This document shows positions 1 to 10,493 of a DNA stretch of 64,000 nt, piece after piece. The stretch is taken from contig JANHCV010000010.1 in the NCBI GenBank assembly GCA_025594325.1, forward strand, positions 434,001 through 498,000, given 5' to 3'. Source of the stretch: Blastocladiella emersonii ATCC 22665 (lineage: Eukaryota > Fungi > Blastocladiomycota). The position numbers and the translations under genes were made by a program. The first letter of the stretch is position 1. Every line of letters starts with the position of its first letter. Below the pieces are notes generated by a model. It was not told the DNA's origin and searched no databases. It worked only from the letters and a program-made list of their open reading frames with translations.

Positions 1-1096
1 AGTGAATCGATAACACGTTTCGCCGCTGTGCAGGTAGCAGGGGTCGAGGTAAGAAGCGGCCAGCAGCGCAGCAGATGAGCCGCGCGTGATTGCGCTGGAG
101 CAAAGCCAGATGTGCGCTTCGCTCGTGATGAAATTCGCATCCCACGCCACCGAAACAGAGATACCGCGTAACCGCTCTTCGCGAGGGTTTAAGCGACTTC
201 GTTGCACAACCCTCGCTTGGCACGACGTCCCTTGGCAAGTGAACAGGACGCGAGGGGTCGCCGGGCGGGCACAACGGCGGTATAGTGGCAGCAACGGCGG
301 TCAAGAAAAACGAGTTTTTCGACACAAGGGGAAGAACTAGAACACAAATAGCGTATCCTTTAAGCGTGCGTCACCACGGGAAACAAGGCACTGAAAGGCC
401 CAGGTACCGTGAAAGCGTCCCACAACACGCTGCTCCACTCGGCGAGCTCGCCTAAGCAGCACTTGTGCAATAGCAAGAGCAGAGTGCAAAAGCGGTGCCA
501 GCGGAACACTCAAGTCAACGGCCGAGTCGAGCACAGCACGTCGCCGTGCGAGCGCCAACCAAAGGCGCCGAGGTGGGACAGGACCGGCGTGTCGTCGATT
601 TCATGATTTATGGAATCCATTGCATAGAGTAAATGAGCCTCATTAAATAAGGAGAGCAAACGGGAGGGGAGCGGAGCGGAAGCGAGAGCGAAGCGAAGTG
701 GCGCAACGCGACACGGGGAGTGATGTCATTGGGAGCAACGTGACCAGCGTTGCCACGAAATCGCGGTCACTATAGCTTGGGCAAAGCCCCGCACCACTCA
801 CTCCGGTCGGGTGTCAACTGTGCGGGGCTTTGCCCAAAAGCCCTCTCGCCACGATCACCTGGCATTGGAGACGCGTTAATTGACGTGGGCTGCAAGGAAC
901 TGCATGGTTTATGGACTGAGAGACACGGAACTCGTTTCAGGTGTAGCGCTGTCTGAGATCGTGCTTCGGATCTGTCGTATGTAGAGGGGCGTGAGTGAAA
1001 GAGTCGCAACGCGTCAGAACCGCGCGTTGGGGCCGTCACCGCACGTCTCCTTCTCGCTTCTGCTCGCCTTCCTGCTCATGGGCTAGATCAAGTCGG

Positions 1097-2638
1097 TTAC
1101 GGATGGGGCGGCGCAAGCTGGAGGCCTCCGGGCGGATCGCCTTTCCATCCTGTGCAGCGACTCCTTGTGCAGCGAACTGCGCTCACGCGCGCACAAACGC
1201 GGCCAGCCACGATTTGGTGATGGTCCTCTTGATGGAGCCCTGGCGCGCCTTGGTTGTGCGCGCCGAGTACCTTGTAAAGCGCCTCACTGCAGCATACGCG
1301 CACGTAGCGAGTAGCTCTAGCGCGCTCAAGGCAACTGAGATCTAGCGCGCTCAAGGCAACTGAAATCAGATTTGCGACGGACGCGTCAAGGTGAGCCGCT
1401 CGCTCACAACAGCATGCTGGTATTCTCGGCAAGCCGATATGGAAGTAGTTGGCAATCTTGAACGAAGGGCATGAACAAACTAAGCACAACGAATGCGCCC
1501 GGCGACTCGATATCGACCAACGCGTTGGTTTTCCGCCAAGAAAGCACCTAAGGACGATGGAGTTCGCGTCGCACGCTATGATCCAGATTGAGGCCTTGAG
1601 CGAGCTCGATTTCTTGGGCACGGAACAAGAGAGCTCGGATGAAGCGGACCTACGGTGGAAGGATCGCGAAGGATTGACGTCCGTTACGCTGCCAGGAAGG
1701 TATGTGACTAGTGCGAGCAAGTTGGCGCCCGAGAGTGCACAGCAGCTGACATTGAGGTATTGGAGGGTCGCGGAAAGATATTTGGCCATCGTTATCGCCG
1801 CTTCAGGATGAAACTGGTTCGAGGAAATGTCCAGGCTCTGGAGCGCCGGCGGAAAGAAAACTGCTGCTTTGACAAGCTCACAAGCAGGTGAGCGGAAAGT
1901 TAGGCTGCGCTGCTGTGCGCCTCTCGCGGCGGAAAGCGGCGGGCGAGGCATCATCAACTTGTCAAGGTTCGTGATGCGATCGCCGCTAAAATCGAGCTTT
2001 GTCACAGTGAAAGGAAGCCTGAGCTCAAGCGCGCGAGCCGTGTTGAGCTTACAGCAAGTAAGCGCGAGCGATTCCACCCGCTGGTCTGGAGATGCAAGCG
2101 CACGATTAAGCATTCCAATGCCGATCAGTGTGATTCGTCGCATCGAGAGCTCGACCTGGATCGAGCGGCCCGAGGAAATGTCATCAAAGTTACGAGCGAT
2201 TACCGCGTCCCCCGGAGCAAAACCACAGGCAGGGGCGGAAATTCCAGTGACCGCGTCGAGGGCCACTGCGAGTTGAACTGGCACTGGGACTGGGAGCACC
2301 AACGCCGCCTTGTTCGCGCGCCAGAAATCAATGACGCGGTCGTGATCGCATGCGATGGCCTCGATCACATCCGAGGGACTGACGAGGGCCAAGTCATTAC
2401 TGCAGTCGCGCCAGACTTGGAGAAGCGACACGTTCCCAGTGCGCGTCGCGCGTCGGATGTCGAGGCTCGGGCAGCCTTTTAACACAGCTTGATGCACTTT
2501 GCGAATGTTCGCGCGCGTCATGACGTCGAGGTACGGGCGCATCCCGCGCAAGTCATTGATCGCGTGAGACTCGACGGCGCGGACCAAAACGGCCTCGATG
2601 ATGTCGTTCACTGCGAGCTTCGTTTGCGGCAAGTCCAT
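1097..2638 (-). pseudogene. F-box-like/ANK-like + LRR family copy 1; N-terminal two thirds family-like, C-terminus degenerate
   Basis: ORF starts MDLPQTKLAVNDIIEAVLVRAVESH, matching the family N-terminus. LRRs (VTKLDFSGDRIT, LQSLDISSN, LQYLNVSCC) run to about 1690, after which paralog similarity is lost. A 25-bp tandem duplication lies at 1319-1368. Confidence 0.75.
1319..1368. repeat. 25-bp tandem duplication
   Basis: tagcgcgctcaaggcaactgagatc followed directly by tagcgcgctcaaggcaactgaaatc. Confidence 0.9.
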
Positions 2639-2884
2639 GGCTTCATTCGATTCGTATGCGATAATTGAGGAGGAGGACCAGCTCAGCCGTGTAAATAAGC
2701 CTTGACGCGTTGTTTACGCCACCACGTGATCGCGTTGCACATTCCGCTCTCGCTTCTGCCCGCTCCTCATGCACGGCATGAAATTTATTTGGCCGTCGCT
2801 CACACGGTTGTTTGACACGGCTCGACACAAATCTTTGGCTCGACCTCAACCATTCCATCGTATTTCGCGCGTCGAACACGCAAA

Positions 2885-4671
2885 TCACGTCGCTTTCTGC
2901 ACGAGGAGCGCATTGATTTGTGCCTTCGCCTCGGGGGAGATCTTCGTCATGCGCACATCCAGCGCAGCCAGCTTGGGCAGCGCTCGCGTCTCAAGCATCG
3001 CAACAACGCCGTCGTCAATTGGGCACCTGTGAAGCACCAGCAACTCGATTGAGTTGGGTAGAGCTGGGATGATGATCGCCAGAACCTCGTTGATGTTCTT
3101 GGAATTGTCCCTACGAAGCATAGGAGTCCCACCTAGATCAAGTTGCACAAGCGATGGGGCGCGCTGGAGCCACGAAGCAAGCGCACAAACCGTTGGACGG
3201 TCGAGCACGATGGTGTTGAGGCAAAAGAACATGAAGTTGGCCGACGGTAAATGCATAAACAGTTTGACGAGTGCACCCGATGCGAACGCGTTATTCTGGA
3301 AAACAAGCTCCTGTATCCGCTCGGGAAGCGTGCGCGCGAACCGGGCCACGTCGAGTGCGCGCATGCTTGAGAAGTTGACACGCAGGGAGTGGAAGTTGGC
3401 AGCGGTCGCGGTGACTCGTTCCATTAGCTCAGCTAAGCCTGCGTAGATCCCTAGGTTTCCACCAATGTCCAGTACCGCGAGCGTCGGAGGAATTGAAGCG
3501 GCAAGCTCTGGCAAGTGAGCCGCTTTGAGCCTAGTCGAGTTGAGGTTGAGCCGACCAAGTCGCGGAAGTACCCGATCAGCAAGCGCGGAAAAGAGGTTTG
3601 GGTGGAGATCCGCATTGCCGCTGAAGTTGAGTTCCACAATCGAGTCGGGCAGTGCTGAAATGAGTACCAAATCCAAACCCAGTGACATGATAGAACTGGA
3701 CAACGACAGCGATTTAAGGCGAGCCAGGCTGAGAAGGCGGCCAGCACGTGCACATAAATCATGGCACATTAGCGTGGTCGCATTCAATTTGAGAAACACG
3801 AGGCCAGTCGGAAGTGCTGAGAGAAGCTCGTCCGTGTTTGCGCCCGTAAAGGTGCAGCCGCCGAGATGAAGCCATTCAAGGGTCAAGGGAAGGCACTGTG
3901 ACAGCACGACCGCCGACTCGCGATCAAAATGATTTGACGAGAAGTCAAGACACTTGAGCGAACAAGGAAACCTCGCGGTCGAAATTCGGACAGGGTCCCA
4001 ACATGTCCCGATCGCCGCAGGACGCAAGTCGTCCAACGTGTCAGGAAGATGCTGCAGAATCTGATCGAGATCTGTAATCCTGGTACCGCCGAGGTCGAGT
4101 TTCGTGACTGTCGATGGGAGGCGGAGGTTGAACTCGCGGACTGTATTGATGTCGCAGCAAACGAGAGCAAGCGAGGACACGCGTTGGTCGGGCGATGTGA
4201 GTGCGCGATTGAGCATGTCAATGCCGCTCGAGGTGATCCGCCGCGTCAACACCTCGAGCTCGAGCTCGGTCGCGTGACCCGAGGAAAGATCATTGATGAG
4301 GTCAGCGATCACCACGTCGCCTTGAGCAAGACTAGACGCGAGGGTCGGGATACCGTAGACTCGTGTCCTTTCTCGATCGCCACAATAATATCGAATAAGC
4401 TGATGTTTGCGACGGAGATCATGCGGCAGTCGCGGAAAATGTCGAGGAGCGCGAAATCCCCAGATTGTGTTGCGTGTCCGATGTCGAGGCTCGGGCAGAG
4501 ACGCAGTACGGCGCACGAGACCTTCGGGACCACCTCGCGCGGGAGCACGCCGAGGTACGGCCGCATCCCGCGAAGGTCATTTTTGGAGTGAAGCTTGACG
4601 GCGCGGACCAAGATGTCCTCGACTATGTCGCTGACGGCAAGCCTCGGTTGCAGCAAGTCTAAGTGGTTCAT
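2885..4671 (-). pseudogene. LRR family copy 2, frameshifted by an internal deletion near 4350
   Basis: N-terminus MNHLDLLQPRLAVSDIVEDILVRAVKLH lies in ORF 4309-4671. The LRR body ending LLVQKAT* lies in another frame (2885-4516). The segment between EKGHE and GDVVIA is shorter than in paralogs. Confidence 0.85.
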
Positions 4672-4947
4672 TCGTTTTGCATGCGATGAATGTCGAGCGG
4701 AACGGGAGAGAGCTTCGAAGGCGAGCTCGCCGCGACGTCAAAGGTTGGGGCGCGCAAACACGTGATCGCATCGCACATTTTGTCTCCTTCGCGTCCGCCG
4801 CCCTTCTTAGCGCACATGAAACGCCGCGATTGCTAAAAGAAATGCCTGCCTTAATAGAGGACGAAATTTATTTGTCTTATATTTGCCGCTATTTGGTTTC
4901 CGCGAGGGACTGAAAATTTCGCTATGAATCGCGCATCGTACACCCGA

Positions 4948-6825
4948 TCACGTCGCTTTCGGCACAAGCAGGGCGTCGATCCGCGCCTCGCCCTCTGCCG
5001 AAATCTCCGTGTCGCGCGTATCCAGCACGGAGAGGTTAGGCAGGGCGCGCTTCTCAAACCTGGCGACGACCTCGTCATCAATGAGACATTCCTGGAGGTC
5101 CAGCGACTCGAGAGAATCCGGAAGCGCACGAACAAGGAACGCCAGTTCCTTGTTGCCAATGTATTTCCCGCGCCGGCTGGCAAACTTGCGGGTCGCGCCA
5201 ATGTTCAAGTGCACAAGCGAGGGGGCTTGCTGGAGCCACGCCGCGAGCGCACGAACTGCTGGACGATCGAACGTGATCGACTTGAGGCATAGGGACGTGA
5301 CTGCAGCCGATGGCAGGTAGGTGAGAAGCTCTTCGAGCCCGCCTGGCGCAAACCCAAGTGTCTCCAGAGTGAGCTCTTGGAGCCTCGAAGGAAGCGCACG
5401 CGCGAACCGGCCCGCATCAAGCGCGTTCATGACGGAAAAGCTCATGCGAAAGGTGTGGAAATTGGGAGCAGTCACGGTGACGTGCTCCATGAACTTGGCC
5501 AGGCCCGCGTCGATGCCACTGTTCAGGCCGAGGTCGAGCAGCTCGAGCGTCGCGGGGATCGCTGCAACGAGCTGAGGCAAGTGAGTGCCGTCCAATTTCG
5601 TTCCTTGGAGGTGGAGGTGGCTCAGTCGCGGGAGCGCTCGACTGGCGAGCGCGACCAGTGCTGCTGGATGAATGTTAAGGTTGTCGCTGAGATTGAGGTC
5701 CACGATCGAGCCGGGCAGCGCGGCAACGATTACCGCGGACTCGCTTGACGACAGGCGACAACCAGCGACGGATAAAGATTCCAAACGGGCCAACCATCGA
5801 AGGCGGTGGGCAAGCGCTTCCGCACCGCCGTTCGAAAACCTGGCCGCGTCGAGGTTGAGATAAAGCAAGCCAAGAGGGAGTTTGGTCAAGTATGTCCAGG
5901 AATCGCCTCTCGAGGCCAAGCTGAGGCATCCGCCAAGGTGAAGCCGCTCGAGGGCCTCGGGCACCTGCTGCAACAGAACTGTCAGTGACTTGGAATCAAG
6001 CCGACACGACAAGAAGTCAAGGTCCTTGAGTGAAGGCAGAAACCGCATGTTGGTGATCGTGGTCAACTTATTCCGCTTCCCGATGTTTTTAAGCCGGAGC
6101 TTGACCAACGTGGCAGGAAGCCGCGAGAAGAGCTGGTCAGGATCAGTTATCCGGTTCCTGCTCAAATCCAGATCCGTGACGGTCGGCGGGAGCAAGAGCG
6201 CGAGCACACGAGCCATGTTGAGGTCGCAACAAGCGAGATGAAGCACCGTCACGCGCTGGTCCGGCGAGTCGAGAGCACGGTTCAGCATGTCGACGCCGCT
6301 CTGCGTGATCCGGCGCATCGCCAGCTTGACCTCGGCTACGCGGCCCGAGGAGATATCATCAAAAAGCTCGGCGATAGCTGCGTCGCCGGGTGCTACGCCT
6401 TGAGGCGCAGCTGGCGTGCCGGGCCAAGCATCAAGCGCAACAGCAAGCTGGGGCGTCTCGTACGGCTTAATGCGCCCGACAAGAGTCTTGTTCTCACGCC
6501 AAAATGCAACGACCTCGTCGAAGCCGTTGTTGAGCGCCTCGTCGAGCAAGGCACTGTTGACGGCCGATAGCTTGCTGCGGTCGCGCAACATCTCGAGGAG
6601 CGCCACATTTCCCGATTCTGTCGCATACTCGGCATCGAGGCTCGGGCAACGCAACAGCACCGCGCGGGTGACGTTCGGAGCGATTGCTCGCGGCAGCACG
6701 CCGAGGTACGGGCGCATCCCGTTCAAGTCGTCCTCGCGGTGAAGCATGATGGCGCGGACCAGAATGGTCTCGATGATATCGTTGACCGCGAGCCGGGGAA
6801 ATTGCAGCAAGTCCAAGCGGTCCAT
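4948..6825 (-). CDS. F-box-like/ankyrin-like N-terminal module + RNI-like leucine-rich-repeat protein (copy 3, intact, 625 aa, intronless)
   Basis: Uninterrupted ORF from MDRLDLLQFPRLAVNDIIETILVRA to LLVPKAT*, with repeated LxxLxLxxN/C motifs. The start at 6825 was chosen by alignment with the paralogs. Confidence 0.9.
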   Translation of the reverse strand: MDRLDLLQFPRLAVNDIIETILVRAIMLHREDDLNGMRPYLGVLPRAIAPNVTRAVLLRCPSLDAEYATESGNVALLEMLRDRSKLSAVNSALLDEALNNGFDEVVAFWRENKTLVGRIKPYETPQLAVALDAWPGTPAAPQGVAPGDAAIAELFDDISSGRVAEVKLAMRRITQSGVDMLNRALDSPDQRVTVLHLACCDLNMARVLALLLPPTVTDLDLSRNRITDPDQLFSRLPATLVKLRLKNIGKRNKLTTITNMRFLPSLKDLDFLSCRLDSKSLTVLLQQVPEALERLHLGGCLSLASRGDSWTYLTKLPLGLLYLNLDAARFSNGGAEALAHRLRWLARLESLSVAGCRLSSSESAVIVAALPGSIVDLNLSDNLNIHPAALVALASRALPRLSHLHLQGTKLDGTHLPQLVAAIPATLELLDLGLNSGIDAGLAKFMEHVTVTAPNFHTFRMSFSVMNALDAGRFARALPSRLQELTLETLGFAPGGLEELLTYLPSAAVTSLCLKSITFDRPAVRALAAWLQQAPSLVHLNIGATRKFASRRGKYIGNKELAFLVRALPDSLESLDLQECLIDDEVVARFEKRALPNLSVLDTRDTEISAEGEARIDALLVPKAT

Positions 6826-7109
6826 TCGTTTTACATGCGATGGTTGGTGAGCGGTGCGGGTGAGTGCCAGCCCGAACTGCCAGCATAAACGGGTGGACAT
6901 CGCAAACACGTGATCGCGTCGCACATTTTGTCAGCACCCCTGATTTTGTCCCCATCTTGCCCGCCTTCTCCGCAGGTCAGCCATGAGATGGAACGATTTC
7001 ATCCAAAAGCTTGACGCCGCTGCGCAATGGATTTGTATTCATGTTTGCCGCTATCCAACTTCAGGCAGGACCTGAAGCGCTCGCTCTCATTCACGCATCA
7101 AACTCTCGA

Positions 7110-8479
7110 TCACGTCGTTTTGGACACGAGAAGCGCGTTGATCCGCGTTTTGCCCTCAGCAGAAATCCTCGTGTCGCGCGTGTCCAGCACGGACAAGTTG
7201 GGCAAGGCGCTGCTCGAACAAGGCGATGACCGCGTCATTGACTCGGCAGCCGCTGAGCACCAGAGACTCGAGCGATTCGGGTAGAGCTGGGACAACGATC
7301 GCCATTTCCTCGTTGCCAACGTTGCTCGAGCTTCCATTGCGAAGAATGACGGTCCCGCCGAGGCTGAGATGCGCGAGCGAAGGGGCGCGCTGGAGCCACG
7401 CAGCAAGCGCATGGACTGTTGGGAGGTCGAGCGCGATGGTATAGGCAGATGGTTTTGAAAGCGACCAACGGCATGAGCGTGAACAGTTCCACGAGCGCGC
7501 CTGCTGCGAACGCGTTATTCTGAAATGAAAGCTTCTGCATGCTTGTGGGAAGTGCGCGCGCAAACCGTACAACGTCGAGCTCTCCCAAGTCCGAGAAGGC
7601 GATGCACAAAGTGTGGAAGTTGACAGCAGTTGCGGTGATGCGTTCCATGACTTCCGCAAGTCCCATCGATCCTGGAACAGTGAAATAGTTGCTGTTCCCG
7701 AAGCTGAATTCAAGCGCCGTGAGGGTCGCAGGAATCGCGTCCGCGAGCTGTGGAAAGTGAGTGATATCCAGTCCAGTCGCGCGAAGTTGGAGTCGGCTTA
7801 GACGCGGGAGTGCCCGTCTAGCGAGCGCGAACAGTGCACCTGGGTTGATATCGAAGTTGTTGTTAAGGTTGAGCTCCACGATTGAGTCGGGCAGCGATGC
7901 AATGATCCTCGCACAGGTTGAAGACAAACGACAGCCGACCAATGACAGCGATTCCAAGCGGGTCATGTCATAAAGACGGTTTGCCAGTCCGAATCCGCCG
8001 CCGGAGGATAAATTGGTCGCATCGCCGGTCGCGTCGACATTGAGAGACGCCAGGCCAGCAGGGAGTCGGGCGAGGGACCCCAGAGTGTTGGCGTACGTGT
8101 CAAAGCATTCGCCAATTTGAAGCCGCTCAATGGTCGCGGGGAGTTGCTCCATGAGCGTCGCTGCTGACTCGTGGGCAAGCTGATTCGACAAGAAATCGAG
8201 GTCCTCGAGGGATGGTGGAAGCCGCGCTCGGGTGAGCGTGGTCGGTTCGTTCCGTCTTCCAACGGCCGCAAGTCGTAACGCGATCAGCGTGGGAGGAAGC
8301 CATGAGAAAAGCAGGCCGGGGTCGGTGATCCGGTTCTTGCTCAGATTGAGACTTCGGACTGATGGCGGGAGCGAAAGTGCAAGCACGCGAGCAACGTTGA
8401 GGTCGCAGCAAACGAGGCTGACCAAAGTGACGCGCTGGTTTGGGGAGTCAAGCGCACGGTTGAGCGATTCGATGCCACT
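7110..8479 (-). pseudogene. LRR family copy 4, 3' part (separated from its 5' part by the retrotransposon)
   Basis: Continues IESLNRALDSPNQRVTLVSLVCCDLN through LRRs to LLVSKTT*. Two further frameshifts relative to paralogs at about 7440 and 7210. Confidence 0.9.
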
Positions 8480-8695
8480 TGTTGCGTGTCGTTCATGTGG
8501 CCACGACCGCGGTGATCAATCATCTGATCTCGCGTGAGCCGCCCGCAATCCCTCGCTCCCGCGCCGCCGCACCCCGCTGCGGCGCGCCCTGCTTTGTTAT
8601 CCATTCTCCCCTCTCCCCGTCTTGGGTTCGGGGCCGAAGGCAGGAATAGACATCCCTGACTACTTGTCTCCCGCCTCCTTCTGTCGGCATCAACA
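8480..8695 (+). repeat. 5' LTR
   Basis: tgttgcgtgtcgttcatg...ggcatcaaca; base-by-base reading matches 13725-13940. Confidence 0.97.
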
Positions 8696-8717
8696 TTTTC
8701 TTCAAGTAGTTTTCCGC

Positions 8718-10148
8718 ATGGCCTCGAACCCCACCTTCACCATCTCGCCGGCGCTCTGCAGCGACATCTCCGCGCTCCCCGGCACCTGCAGCGCCGCGGC
8801 CAAGGACCCCCAGGCCGTGCCCGCCGCACGCGCGCGCGCCGCCGAGCTGCGCCAGCTACTCGGTGAGCAATTCGCTGCCTGCTCGGCCGCCATCGACGCC
8901 ACCGCGCAACCCGCGCCGTCCCAGGGCAACGGCACGTCGGCCACCCACCCGCCCAAGCTGCAGGCCCAGGCCGCCAAGGCGCTGGACGCGCTCATCGCCG
9001 CGCACTCGCGCTACAACAACATCATCAACCTCGCTGTCGACATGCTGCCCGCCGAGGCGCCCCCAGCCGCGCCGGCCGCCGCCTCGCCAGCCGCTCCCGC
9101 CGCGTCAACCACCAGCGTCAACAAGCAGCTGCGCGCTGACATCGAGAGCACCCGCATCAACTACCGCCGCCCAGCCTGCGGCAACTGCCGAGACCCAGCC
9201 ACCTTCCTCCGCAACCTCCGCGACCTCTACCCGCTGCACGACCTGTACAAGCTGCTCGACGCCGCCACCACCACCGTCGGCCACGACGCCCAGGTCGTGT
9301 ACAAGTCGATGGTCCGCGAGGGCGCCAGTCTCGAGGAGCACCAGCTGATCGCCCACTTCTTTGACCACATGGAGCGCGCCGCCATCGTCCGCTACCTCGA
9401 CCTCTCGTTCCCCGCCACTCCGGGCCTCACCCTCAAGCGCCACCGCGTTGTGGTTGTCCGGCGTCTCCGCGAGGGGGGTTGCCTGGACCCCACCGGCCAC
9501 CTGCCTCCCGCGCTCCTCTCCTCGTTCCTCAACTTGGTCAAGGGCATCAAGGACGACGTCTACAACGTCCTCTGCCACACGCTTGGCACCGCCACCTCCA
9601 AGCGCACCCCGCTCACGCTCGTCGACCTCATCGGCCCCCACGGCTACGTCCAGATCGCCTCGCGCAGCAAGGCGCCCGCCGGCGACGCTGGCGACGCCTC
9701 GTCCGCCGTGCCGGCCGCGCGCACCAAGTCGGGCGACAAGGACAAGGACAAGAACAAGAACAAGAACAACAACAACTACAACAACAACAACAACGACAAC
9801 AACAACAACTACTACAACAGCTACAACAACAAGAACAACAACAACTACAACAACCACCGCGGCGGCGGCGCCCACGACAAGAACGGCCACTACAACAAGG
9901 GCAAGGCCGGCCGTGACGACCGCGCGTCCCGCGATGCCCCGCGCGCGCTTCTCGCCGTGCCCGACGACCGCCACGATCGTGATCGTGGCGGCAGCGACGA
10001 GCGTCAGCGCTCGCGTTCCCGGTCCCGCTCGCGTCCCTGGTCCCGCTCGCGCTCCCGCTCCGCTGTGCGCAAGCGCGCCCCGCGCAACTACCACGCGGCC
10101 GTGGCGCCCGTCTGGCCCGCGGGTCTCAAGACCAAGTTTGGCGGATGA
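8718..10148 (+). CDS. gag: Retrotransposon Gag-like protein with Asn-rich tract and RS repeats
   Basis: First ATG after the 5' LTR and in the expected position before pol. Strongly C/G-ending codons, a KDKNNNNY tract and an RSRSRS tract. No CCHC knuckle. Confidence 0.75.
   Translation: MASNPTFTISPALCSDISALPGTCSAAAKDPQAVPAARARAAELRQLLGEQFAACSAAIDATAQPAPSQGNGTSATHPPKLQAQAAKALDALIAAHSRYNNIINLAVDMLPAEAPPAAPAAASPAAPAASTTSVNKQLRADIESTRINYRRPACGNCRDPATFLRNLRDLYPLHDLYKLLDAATTTVGHDAQVVYKSMVREGASLEEHQLIAHFFDHMERAAIVRYLDLSFPATPGLTLKRHRVVVVRRLREGGCLDPTGHLPPALLSSFLNLVKGIKDDVYNVLCHTLGTATSKRTPLTLVDLIGPHGYVQIASRSKAPAGDAGDASSAVPAARTKSGDKDKDKNKNKNNNNYNNNNNDNNNNYYNSYNNKNNNNYNNHRGGGAHDKNGHYNKGKAGRDDRASRDAPRALLAVPDDRHDRDRGGSDERQRSRSRSRSRPWSRSRSRSAVRKRAPRNYHAAVAPVWPAGLKTKFGG
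9735..9854 (+). repeat. (AAC)n/(GACAAG)n coding microsatellite giving a poly-Asn tract in Gag
   Basis: gacaaggacaaggacaagaacaagaacaagaacaacaacaactacaac... encodes DKDKDKNKNKNNNNYNNNNNDNNNNYYNSYNNKNNNNYNN. Confidence 0.95.
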
Positions 10149-10493
10149 CCTCGAGCGCTCCCGCTCCGAGTTCGTCTCCTCGCCTGCCCGCGCGGTCGAC
10201 GGCATTCCCCGCTCCCAGCCTCTGCTCGCCCACCACCTCCGTGTCCTCGCCCTCCTGCCGGCGTCCGCCACCAGCCTGTTCGCGCACCTGCTTGACAAGT
10301 TCTACCACATCATTGTCGGCTCCCGCCTCGGCCCCACCTTGGCCCGTGCCGCCACCGTCACCCACGACGATCCCCTTCGCGGCCGCCTCGGTCCCGTCGC
10401 GCATTTCGCCGCCCCCGCCCGCTCTGGTGCGCGCCATGAGCACGACGGCGCCGGTGCGGTCGACCCCAACTGGCTGGGCACGCCCACATTTTC

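Noticed and set aside
1-610. Short ORFs, and a minus-strand open frame running off the left edge
   Set aside because: No recognisable motif, start or codon bias; cannot support a gene.
4948-6924. LRR genes as NLR immune receptors or DGR-diversified targets
   Set aside because: No P-loop NACHT/NB-ARC domain, no template/variable repeat pair, and the only RT is a broken Ty3 enzyme.
6825-6924. N-terminal extension of copy 3, and the ATG-TAA mini-uORF at 6836
   Set aside because: The extension is not shared by paralogs and the equivalent site in copy 2 is ATG-CAA; no conserved signal.
8622-8717. ORF-track extension of gag upstream into the LTR
   Set aside because: It begins at a non-ATG codon inside the LTR; ATG 8718 is the plausible start.
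9105-10298. 397-aa antisense ORF with poly-Val, and poly-Thr/poly-Gln ORFs in other frames
   Set aside because: Shadow frames of the (AAC)n repeat and GC-rich gag codons.
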